Assembly (NCBI RefSeq): GCF_000018785.1
Contig: NC_010163.1
Location: 660,001 to 692,000, forward strand
Length of the DNA stretch: 32,000 nucleotides
Source of the DNA: Acholeplasma laidlawii PG-8A
Lineage (GTDB): Bacteria > Bacillota_I > Bacilli_A > Acholeplasmatales > Acholeplasmataceae
Reading direction: 5' to 3'
In this document: in pieces, positions 1 to 7,763 of the stretch
Layout of the letters: each line of letters starts with the position of its first letter
Position numbering within the stretch: position 1 is the stretch's first letter
Translations under genes and position numbers: made by a program
The notes under the pieces: model-generated
Seen by the model: the letters and a program-made list of their open reading frames with translations, nothing else
Databases searched by the model: none
What the model was told of the DNA's origin: nothing

Positions 1-34
1 TGAAATTATTAACTTAGATAATAAAAAAGATGGA

Positions 35-1261
35 ATGATAGTTAAAACTTTGCCATCTGATACTTTTGATAATTTAAAGCTTTTCATAGAAGAGTTTAAC
101 ACCGAAATGCATGAAGCTGATGCTCTTGATTTTATGCGAGTTGGATATAAGCGAAACTATGGTGATGTTATTACCATAAGAAATTATGTCGGTTTGATTC
201 AAATGAATGATGGAACTCAAATAGAAGTATTACCCAAGCTTTCTTTTGAAGGTGAATATGAGACTATTGCTAAGCAAGTCTTTATTAAGATGCTCAGAAG
301 TCTTAAAGAGTTTTCAGGTAAGGTTTTTAATTCTGCAAGCTTAAATGTTGATCGTATGAATCTTTATGAGATTTTTATTAGCATGTACATTCAAGAAGTG
401 AGACATTTGGTTAAGACAGGTATCAAGTCTTTTTATGAAACTAAGGAAGATAATCTGAAGGTTTATAAAGGAAAATTAAAAGTAAAAGAGCAACAACGAT
501 ATAACAATGTCCATAAAGAGAGATTTTTTGTTGCTTATGACGAATATACGACTAATAGACCAGAGAATAGACTAATTAAAAGTACACTGTTAAAGCTGCA
601 AAAATTGTCGAATTATATAGAAAATGTCAAAGAAATACAAAACCTGTTAAATAGTTTTGAACTAATAGAACCATCTACCAACTTTGATAGTGATTTTTCT
701 AAGGTTACAATTAATAGAGGTAATAAAGAATACGAAACAATTATGATATGGTCAAAGGTGTTTTTATATAACAGAAGTTTTACTACTTTTTCTGGAAGTA
801 CTACAGCAAGAGCTTTATTATTCCCAATGGAGAAGATATTTGAATCGTATGTTGCTTCAGAGTTAAAAAAACACTTGCGTGATAAAGACTGGAGTATATC
901 AACACAAGACAAAGGCTTTTATTTATTCGATGAACCATCCAAGTTTTCACTTAGACCTGATATAGTTATAACTAAAGAAAATGACGAAACAATCATACTG
1001 GATACGAAGTGGAAAATACTAATAGATGATGAACGTAAGAACTATGGTGTTTCACAAGCAGATATGTATCAAATGTATGCATACGCTAAGAAGTATGAAT
1101 CAAAAAAAGTATTCGTTATTTATCCTTTGAACCCAGAAATGAGTAAATACGCTATAGATGGAATCGAATTTAGAAGTGAAGGGATTTCTGTTCAGTTACT
1201 ATTCATTGATTTGTTAAATGTTGATGATAGTCTTAAATACATTACGGACAAAATGATATGA
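35..1261 (+). CDS. mcrC: McrC-like subunit of a McrBC-type (type IV) restriction system
   Basis: 408 aa; early-middle block resembles McrC proteins and the C-terminal half has a PD-(D/E)XK-like motif (RPDIVITKENDETIILDTKWK) followed by QADMYQMYAYAKKY. The frame stays open to the left window edge, so the true start could be upstream; McrB would be expected outside the window. Confidence 0.85.
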   Translation: MIVKTLPSDTFDNLKLFIEEFNTEMHEADALDFMRVGYKRNYGDVITIRNYVGLIQMNDGTQIEVLPKLSFEGEYETIAKQVFIKMLRSLKEFSGKVFNSASLNVDRMNLYEIFISMYIQEVRHLVKTGIKSFYETKEDNLKVYKGKLKVKEQQRYNNVHKERFFVAYDEYTTNRPENRLIKSTLLKLQKLSNYIENVKEIQNLLNSFELIEPSTNFDSDFSKVTINRGNKEYETIMIWSKVFLYNRSFTTFSGSTTARALLFPMEKIFESYVASELKKHLRDKDWSISTQDKGFYLFDEPSKFSLRPDIVITKENDETIILDTKWKILIDDERKNYGVSQADMYQMYAYAKKYESKKVFVIYPLNPEMSKYAIDGIEFRSEGISVQLLFIDLLNVDDSLKYITDKMI

Positions 1262-1347
1262 TTTTCTGGAATTCAAAAAAAATTATATTTAATTATTGCT
1301 ATATGTTATTCTCTTCACATAATCAAAGAAAAGGATGTGAAGATTAA

Positions 1348-1857
1348 ATGAATAATGAAAAAATAATTGATATAGGTACTCAAATAGTTTCAAAGATTCT
1401 GGACTTCCCAATACCCGAATTATATATAATAGAACAATCAAAATTGCCAAACAAAGAAATTACAGGTATTTATTCATTTGGTGAAAACGAGATTATATTT
1501 AATGAGGAGTGGGTTAATAGAAGTCAATGGATAGAGGTTATTATTACTGTGTTCCATGAAATGCGTCATGCCTACCAGGGTTATTGCATTAGAACGAAAA
1601 CTAGAGAATCAGCTGAAACTATAAAAGCATGGGAATCTGAAATTAACTGTTATATTATGCCTTCAGGAAAGAATAATGGAATAGATGATCAAAGCTACTT
1701 AACACAAGAAATAGAAATTGATGCGATCGCATTTGCTCATTGGATCGTCAAGAAAGAATTTGATCTAAAAACAGTAATACCGGATTTAATTAAAAAGAAA
1801 GTCAATGAAAAGATTAAGACATTTGAAATTATAGGAATAACTCAAATAAATCTGTAA
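1348..1857 (+). CDS. Small zincin-like metallopeptidase domain protein (HExxH)
   Basis: Protein contains VFHEMRHAYQG (HExxH) and downstream QEIEIDAIAFA, a plausible third metal ligand in an ExxA context as in ImmA/IrrE-type minimal zincins. Confidence 0.6.
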   Translation: MNNEKIIDIGTQIVSKILDFPIPELYIIEQSKLPNKEITGIYSFGENEIIFNEEWVNRSQWIEVIITVFHEMRHAYQGYCIRTKTRESAETIKAWESEINCYIMPSGKNNGIDDQSYLTQEIEIDAIAFAHWIVKKEFDLKTVIPDLIKKKVNEKIKTFEIIGITQINL

Positions 1858-1888
1858 ATAAAGTGGCACTTGCCAGAGGGAGTTACAA

Positions 1889-1954
1889 ATGAGTAGCATC
1901 AATTCATTTTTTGATATTAAATTAGTTTTAAGAAAAGTTGGGATGGATATATGA
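1889..1954 (+). CDS. Possible 21-aa leader/micro-ORF (MSSINSFFDIKLVLRKVGMDI) translationally coupled to the next gene
   Basis: Read from sequence: ATG at 1889 preceded by AGAGGGAG about 7 nt upstream; stop TGA overlaps the start ATG at 1951 as ATGA. Confidence 0.35.
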   Translation: MSSINSFFDIKLVLRKVGMDI

Positions 1955-2631
1955 TTAATTGGCAAACGATATCAGAAAGAATAATGGATTTCATAGATTT
2001 AAATGAAGATAATAGACCAAGTTATCATAAGATCGATTCTTATAGTGTCAAATTTCTAGGAATTGATAAGACAATGTTTAGAAGTTCTAAAGACGGTGAT
2101 AGTATGGATCAGTTGTGGTTAAATGAAACCGAAGATGGTAAAATTATTCTCTATAAACTGTTTCATGAGTGTTGGCATGCATATCAAAAAAGTAAGGGTT
2201 ATGAAATGGGATACTCGGATGAAGATAGACTAAAATATGTAGGAAAACAACACATGATGATGCTTTATAAATATCCTTTTGAGGCTGAAGCAACAGGATA
2301 TGCAGCAGCTTTCGTCTATACCGTCTATAAATTTTCTGATCTATTAAATAAAAAGTGTTTTGACAAGAAAATTGAAGATTCTTATACAAATATTGAGCTC
2401 TTTCCAGAAAAAGAGTTTGATACTAAGAATGATTATTTAATAATTAATGAACAAATTGAGACAAATTATGAAAAGGGAAAATCTTATATAAAGAATCAGT
2501 TTAACACTTCATTGAGTAATGAAATGGAAAGTGTAATTGATGATTGTAAAGTAAACGATGAATTTAAAAAGCATCTTGTAAGTAAAAAGGGATTTATTAT
2601 TTTTGAAATCATTTCCGAATTGTCAAAATAG
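1951..2631 (+). CDS. Zincin-like metallopeptidase domain protein (HExxH), second copy type
   Basis: 226 aa with LFHECWHAYQK (HExxH) and downstream PFEAEATGYAAAF; shares the HExxHAYQ ... ExxA pattern with the preceding protein but is otherwise divergent. Confidence 0.6.
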   Translation: MINWQTISERIMDFIDLNEDNRPSYHKIDSYSVKFLGIDKTMFRSSKDGDSMDQLWLNETEDGKIILYKLFHECWHAYQKSKGYEMGYSDEDRLKYVGKQHMMMLYKYPFEAEATGYAAAFVYTVYKFSDLLNKKCFDKKIEDSYTNIELFPEKEFDTKNDYLIINEQIETNYEKGKSYIKNQFNTSLSNEMESVIDDCKVNDEFKKHLVSKKGFIIFEIISELSK

Positions 2632-2724
2632 GTCTTCGTAAAGGCATAGTATCGAAGTGGTAGCAACAGAAGTGCTCAAAGAGTTTTATCTACTTCCAGA
2701 AAGTTATGGAAAGGCGGTTGAAAA

Positions 2725-3732
2725 ATGAAAGAAAAAGACATTAAAGAAATAGAAGATATTTTAGGCTATACTTTTACAAATAAAAATTTATTAATTCAAG
2801 CCTTTACTCGAAGTTCTGAAAGAGAAAAAAATAACAATCGCGATTCTGAGATATTAGAGTTCATCGGAGATACTGTAATTAATTATGTAATTATTCAAAT
2901 GTTTAATAATAATTTGTTTAATGCAGATAATTACGGATTGAATTCTCAATATTCTGAGGGTGAGTTGACAGAATTAAAAAGCTTAATAGTAGAAAATAAA
3001 AATTTAGCCGCAAAAATAGACGATTTTGGTCTTGATCGTTTTTTAAGATCCGACAACTCAAAACAAATACCTTCATCTTTCAAAAGTGACTTATTAGAAA
3101 GCATTGTGGGGGCTATCGCAATCGATTCTCATTATGAAGAAAAGGAAATATATGAAATAGTAGATTATTTGTTAATGCCTCGTGCTTATATAGGGTCCTT
3201 AAAATTTAATTATTATTTAAAATTGAAACAATGGTGTAAAATTAGATGTACTTCATCAAATAAATTAAAAGAAAATGTAGAAGAAATTAAGAATGATAAC
3301 AACATACAGTATAAGACAACTTTGCGATTTGGTAACTATGAAGTAAGTGCTATAGATAATAGTAAAATAGATTCATTGTTTGAAGCTTCCATACTTGCCA
3401 TGAAAAAAATTACAGATAATAAAGATGAAATAACCATTAAAGATTTTTTAGTAGGCTTAGATCAAAATAACGGTTGGAGCTATCTTCAAAAAATCCAAAA
3501 ATTAGGCTATTGTTCCAACCTTTCAAAAGAATATAAGAAGAATGAAGATGGAACTTGGAAAGCGACATATATGGTTGACGGTATGCGAACATTGTACACT
3601 GATACCAATAAAAAAAATGCTGGAAATATATGTGCACTAATCTGCATCAACTCTTTAATTGAACCACGTTTCCAAATGGACGATAGTATCTTGGAGCTTT
3701 TAAGAAAATTAAATTATAAAGAAACGGCTTGA
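2725..3732 (+). CDS. RNase III-fold protein, divergent, with C-terminal region possibly dsRNA-binding-like
   Basis: N-terminus LGYTFTNKNLLIQAFTRSS...SEILEFIGDTVINYVI (RNase III signature LEFxGDxVL), ...SFKSDLLESIVGAIAID (second catalytic block). C-terminal WSYLQKIQKLGY...WKATYMVDG...KKNAGNICALICINSL resembles a dsRBD pattern. Confidence 0.75.
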   Translation: MKEKDIKEIEDILGYTFTNKNLLIQAFTRSSEREKNNNRDSEILEFIGDTVINYVIIQMFNNNLFNADNYGLNSQYSEGELTELKSLIVENKNLAAKIDDFGLDRFLRSDNSKQIPSSFKSDLLESIVGAIAIDSHYEEKEIYEIVDYLLMPRAYIGSLKFNYYLKLKQWCKIRCTSSNKLKENVEEIKNDNNIQYKTTLRFGNYEVSAIDNSKIDSLFEASILAMKKITDNKDEITIKDFLVGLDQNNGWSYLQKIQKLGYCSNLSKEYKKNEDGTWKATYMVDGMRTLYTDTNKKNAGNICALICINSLIEPRFQMDDSILELLRKLNYKETA

Positions 3733-3750
3733 GCCACTTGTTAAGCCGAA

Positions 3751-3810
3751 AATTAGGGGTGCGTAAATTTTAATAGGGGTGCGCAAATTTTAGTAGGGGT
3801 GCGTAATTGT
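3751..3810 (+). repeat. Three tandem imperfect direct repeats of 20 bp period
   Basis: AATTAGGGGTGCGTAAATTT / TAATAGGGGTGCGCAAATTT / TAGTAGGGGTGCGTAATTGT, immediately downstream of the RNase III-like gene; core TAGGGGTGCG(T/C)AA. Confidence 0.85.
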
Positions 3811-4139
3811 ATTAAAATAGGTCACCCAACACAGTCGAGTAATGGGGACTTGAACCCTATAAATCACTCTTTTGATGAAGGAATCAAACATTGTAATTGT
3901 ACCTGGTGATCTAGTGGAAAAACCAGTAAATATGTTACTTTGGTATTATAGACAGTTTTTGAGTATGTAAAGGTAAACATATTTTTGCCGATTTTGATGT
4001 TACTTTGATACACACAAGGTTGATTTTGCAAGCAATTCGGTCGCATCAACGCACGTTGAAAGTATTGTATTACTTGAATTAAAAATGTCTATGTAAAGCT
4101 ATCAAATAAACTATAAAAACTATTTATCTATAAGATTTA

Positions 4140-4169
4140 GGCTGGAAATTCATATTTCCAACCTTTTTT
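4140..4169 (+). terminator. Rho-independent terminator-like hairpin
   Basis: GGCTGGAAAT-TCAT-region-ATTTCCAACC followed by TTTTTTT; one C/A mismatch. Confidence 0.7.
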
Positions 4170-4503
4170 TATTAAGTCTATTTTTCTAATGTATTGTGAG
4201 AGCGTTTTGCGTGATTAGAATATTTTTAATAGGTTATGGAATAATAAATTTGAATTTGATTTTAATATGATGGATTGGATCAGTAAATGTACCCTCTGCA
4301 ACTGGTCTTTGTGTGAAGGACTTATCAATATTTGTGATATGGAAAGTGAGCATAACAAATCAAATTATATTATTTCATAACTTATATTGGATTATATGAT
4401 ACAGTAGGGATATAATATCGAGATGTTTTTCCAGGCATTAAGTATGAATTAACATATATTTGTAGAAAGGGAGATGATGTAAGATGTATAGTTAACAAAT
4501 GTC

Positions 4504-4531
4504 TTGACATAGTAACAGTTTTTAATATGTT
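4504..4531 (+). promoter_or_regulatory. Putative sigma-70 type promoter for the lipoprotein gene
   Basis: TTGACA at 4504-4509, 16-nt spacer, TATGTT at 4526-4531. Confidence 0.4.
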
Positions 4532-4618
4532 CTATAGTTATAAACGTGATAAGTATCTAAAAGATAAGATAAATATACAAAATATGCAACAAAAATAGAA
4601 TAGGAGTTTTGAGGAAAT

Positions 4619-5092
4619 ATGAAAAAACTATTTTTATCAAGGTTTATAATAGGGGGAGTCTTGATTTTATGTTTAGGATTATTAGCTGGATGTGAAAACA
4701 GTATGTATAAGGAAGTTGATTTTGGTGGAACATTCTCAAGTCCGGGAATTAACATTGAACCCTTACTAATTAAGGAATACGATGAATTAGTTTCCTTATT
4801 TAATGAGTATGAGATTGAGTGGGAAAATGGATTGGCAATATGGGAGCGATATGATAAAGGTTATTTTAAGAATAAGGCACTAATAATTTATGTCTTTGGG
4901 GTTTCTGGCGATGTAGAACCCCTTATAACAATTGATGGAGTGCAAGTTGATGATAATATTATTAAAGTTTTACTTGTTCAGCACGGAACAACAACTGGAC
5001 TTGCATATTTCCAAAAAAACCTTGTCATAGAAGTAACCAAAAGTTTTATTGGTAAGACAACTAGTGTAGAAGTTGATATCAAAGTTAAATAA
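4619..5092 (+). CDS. Lipoprotein of unknown function
   Basis: N-terminal signal peptide with lipobox (LCLGLLAGC); AGGAGTTTTGAGGAAAT upstream of ATG supplies a ribosome binding site; no family recognised. Confidence 0.75.
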   Translation: MKKLFLSRFIIGGVLILCLGLLAGCENSMYKEVDFGGTFSSPGINIEPLLIKEYDELVSLFNEYEIEWENGLAIWERYDKGYFKNKALIIYVFGVSGDVEPLITIDGVQVDDNIIKVLLVQHGTTTGLAYFQKNLVIEVTKSFIGKTTSVEVDIKVK

Positions 5093-5117
5093 GAAACATA
5101 TTAAAGAGGATTTGTCT

Positions 5118-5219
5118 ATGAGAAATGGTAATAAAGCCACAAATAAGATTAAGATATACATTGTGAGATTTTATTATCAGGGTCAAGTATCAGAGGTTTT
5201 CATATGGTATTTAGAGTAA
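5118..5219 (+). CDS. Possible 33-aa small ORF (MRNGNKATNKIKIYIVRFYYQGQVSEVFIWYLE)
   Basis: ATG at 5118 with AAAGAGGA about 7 nt upstream, following directly after the lipoprotein gene. No homology evidence. Confidence 0.2.
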   Translation: MRNGNKATNKIKIYIVRFYYQGQVSEVFIWYLE

Positions 5220-5298
5220 TCACAAACAGACTAAGTATATAGAAAATATCGTTCTTCTCGAGTTAAAATAACATAGTAAATTACAAAGTGTATAAATA

Positions 5299-5332
5299 AA
5301 CAGCCATATCGCATAGTAATATGGCTGTTTTT
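5299..5332 (+). terminator. Terminator-like hairpin
   Basis: AACAGCCATAT ... ATATGGCTG followed by TTTTT. Confidence 0.75.
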
Positions 5333-5684
5333 CTATATCGATAGGTGAAATATAATTTAGAGAAAATTATAGATAATCATATCTAATTATTTCAATACAA
5401 ACTTAAACTAAAATTCTGCTTTTGTAAGCTTATACTCCCTAATGAATTCACCGTATCGTATTTTAAAAGAGATTTCAATCATTCAAATAAACTTTTTAGT
5501 TTTTGGTGCGAAGGTTATTAGTCTATAAAAACAAAAACTTCTTAATTGATACATCTTTTTCTATTATAAATATGTATTGAATTGCTAAAAGAACACATAA
5601 ATTTTGAATATATGTTCATTTAAGATATAATGGTCTATGATCAATCATTTATGCGTGATGACAATATAAAAAAGAGGTTTTACA

Positions 5685-6398
5685 ATGAAAAAAATGTTTG
5701 TTTTTGATTATGATGGGACTTACTACAGGAATAATGAAGAACTTCAAAACAACATAAAACTTATGAATAGTGCACGAAAAAAGGGGCATTTACTTGTTAT
5801 TGCAACAGGAAGAAGTTATGTAAGTTTTATGAAAGAAGTAGAGAAATTTAATATTGACTATGACTATCTAATCTTATCTAGTGGTGCATTAATAATAGAT
5901 AAAAATGAGCATATCATAGGTTCATATATGATGGATTTAAATCTAGTAAAAGGTGTTAACAAATTACTAGAACCGTATCATGCGAGTTTACAATCTCAAA
6001 TGTATATAGATGAGTTCATGAATAGTGAAATATTATCTCAACTTAATCAAGTCATTAAAATGACCTATACCTTTAATAAAGGTGATATCTGTTATGAGAT
6101 TCAACAATCAGTTAATACATACACCCATGAAGAATTTAAAACATATGTCGTTGCTGGTACATCTTATGATTATGTAGAAATTATTTCATCTAAGACAAAT
6201 AAGGCTGTAGCTATACTAGATTTACTAAAACATATTCAAGAAGACTACACAATAGTTGCTGCAGGTGATAGTGAAAATGATGTTGAGATGCTTATTGAAT
6301 TTGATGGTTATTTAATGAACAATCATGATCCTAGACTGGATACCTACCGATTAAGAATTGTTGATTCTATAGAATCCATTGTAAAAAAAGAAATTTAA
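5685..6398 (+). CDS. HAD superfamily hydrolase, Cof-like subfamily
   Basis: FVFDYDGTYY (motif I), VIATGR, GDSENDVEML (motif IV); RBS AAGAGG upstream. Confidence 0.85.
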   Translation: MKKMFVFDYDGTYYRNNEELQNNIKLMNSARKKGHLLVIATGRSYVSFMKEVEKFNIDYDYLILSSGALIIDKNEHIIGSYMMDLNLVKGVNKLLEPYHASLQSQMYIDEFMNSEILSQLNQVIKMTYTFNKGDICYEIQQSVNTYTHEEFKTYVVAGTSYDYVEIISSKTNKAVAILDLLKHIQEDYTIVAAGDSENDVEMLIEFDGYLMNNHDPRLDTYRLRIVDSIESIVKKEI

Positions 6399-6407
6399 TC
6401 CCAACTT

Positions 6408-6464
6408 AAAACAACTCCAATTATGATAAATCTTAGCGATTTATGCATCATTGGGGTTGTTTTT
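6408..6464 (+). terminator. Rho-independent terminator
   Basis: AAAACAACTCCAA ... TTGGGGTTGTTTTT, long loop. Confidence 0.65.
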
Positions 6465-6527
6465 GAAGTCAAATAGCATAATATTTTATAAAGTTTTGGT
6501 AATATAAAATAAGTCTATAAAATAGAA

Positions 6528-7763
6528 ATGGAATTATCAATGAAGAAAACACCCAAAGAAGTGAGATTAAGGCATCAAGTCTTAACAAGACTCATTGTAC
6601 CCTTTGTTAGAATATATATAGTGATCAAATACAAGTTATCCTTTAAAAAATATAAGGCTTTAAATAAAAAGGGTCCTTTTATTGTTTTAGCCAATCATAC
6701 AGTTAATATTGACCCTATGATCATGGGGATGCAATTCCCATTTCATCTATACTACATTGCTACTGAGCAAGTATTTAATTTAGGCTTCTTATCAAAAGTT
6801 ATTAAGTTTATTGTAAATCCGATTAAAAAATCTAAATCCGTTTCAGATATGGAAACAATTAGAAAAACCAAAAGAATTGTTCAACAAGGTGGTTCAATAG
6901 GTATTTTTCCTGAAGGGAATACCAGTTATAGTGGCCAAACGGTACAGATTATGCCTGCCACAGTTAAACTGATTAAAATGCTTAAAATTCCCGTTATTAT
7001 TATGAATATTAAGGGTATGTACTTAAGTTACCCAAGATGGGCAATTTATAAGAAAAAAGGTAAAACAGAGACATTTATTAAGAAAATTATACTGCCTGAA
7101 ACATATCTTGAAATGTCAGATGAAGATTTATTTTATGAGATCGAAGAGCATCTATATGTTGATGCCTATGCTGATCAAGAAACTTCAGGTCATCTTTATA
7201 AAGGGAAACATATCGCGCATGGTCTTGAAAAATTAATCTTTATGGATTTAGTAAGTAACAAGCCTTTTGTTACATACTCAAAAGGCGATAAACTGAAATC
7301 ACATGATAGTGATTTTGAATTAACGTATTTACCTACTGGTAAAGTAATAGATAAGGATAATCAGTTACATACCTTAGTTGAAATGGAAAGATTAGTTAAA
7401 ATAGCCTATTTTAATTACTATAAGGAAACTAAAGAATCTTTATTACTTGAAGAAGAAGTTCAATTAGTAAAGTCATTTGCTACACATAAAGAAAAACTAG
7501 GAAAATACACATTAAAACTCTTTAAAGAAAAACTATCTCTTATAAGTAGTGATCATACCTTAGATTTCTCATTTGATGAAGTCATTAATATTGTGATGCA
7601 AGGTAAGTATCAAGTGATTATTTATTTACCTAATGAGACTTACATGATGAGATTAGATGATTATTCTAGTATCTATAAATACGTATTAACCTATCAGTAT
7701 TATAAATATATTAAAGATGGAGGAATATCAATCGATGACAAGCATTTTAACTTCGGCATTTGA
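6528..7763 (+). CDS. PlsC-like 1-acylglycerol-3-phosphate O-acyltransferase family protein with C-terminal extension
   Basis: NHTVNIDPMIMG (NHxxxxD) and FPEGNTS motifs. Start may be the internal ATG at 6540. Confidence 0.8.
   Translation: MELSMKKTPKEVRLRHQVLTRLIVPFVRIYIVIKYKLSFKKYKALNKKGPFIVLANHTVNIDPMIMGMQFPFHLYYIATEQVFNLGFLSKVIKFIVNPIKKSKSVSDMETIRKTKRIVQQGGSIGIFPEGNTSYSGQTVQIMPATVKLIKMLKIPVIIMNIKGMYLSYPRWAIYKKKGKTETFIKKIILPETYLEMSDEDLFYEIEEHLYVDAYADQETSGHLYKGKHIAHGLEKLIFMDLVSNKPFVTYSKGDKLKSHDSDFELTYLPTGKVIDKDNQLHTLVEMERLVKIAYFNYYKETKESLLLEEEVQLVKSFATHKEKLGKYTLKLFKEKLSLISSDHTLDFSFDEVINIVMQGKYQVIIYLPNETYMMRLDDYSSIYKYVLTYQYYKYIKDGGISIDDKHFNFGI

Noticed and set aside
613-912. Minus-strand ORF inside mcrC
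   Set aside because: Antisense to a well supported CDS with no motif or RBS support.
3838-3860. Minus-strand GGGTTCAAGTCCCCATT resembles a tRNA T-arm
   Set aside because: The stem does not pair over five bases and no acceptor, D or anticodon arms could be found around it; too weak to call a tRNA or fragment, though it might be an attachment-site relic.
3864-4049. Minus-strand 61-aa ORF from the track
   Set aside because: No RBS, low-complexity composition, no recognisable family; likely a chance ORF in noncoding DNA.
4486-4520. RBS-like AAGGGAG followed by ATGATGTAA and ATGTATAGTTAA minimal frames
   Set aside because: Frames terminate after 2-3 codons; most likely chance or a decayed gene start, insufficient to call a feature.
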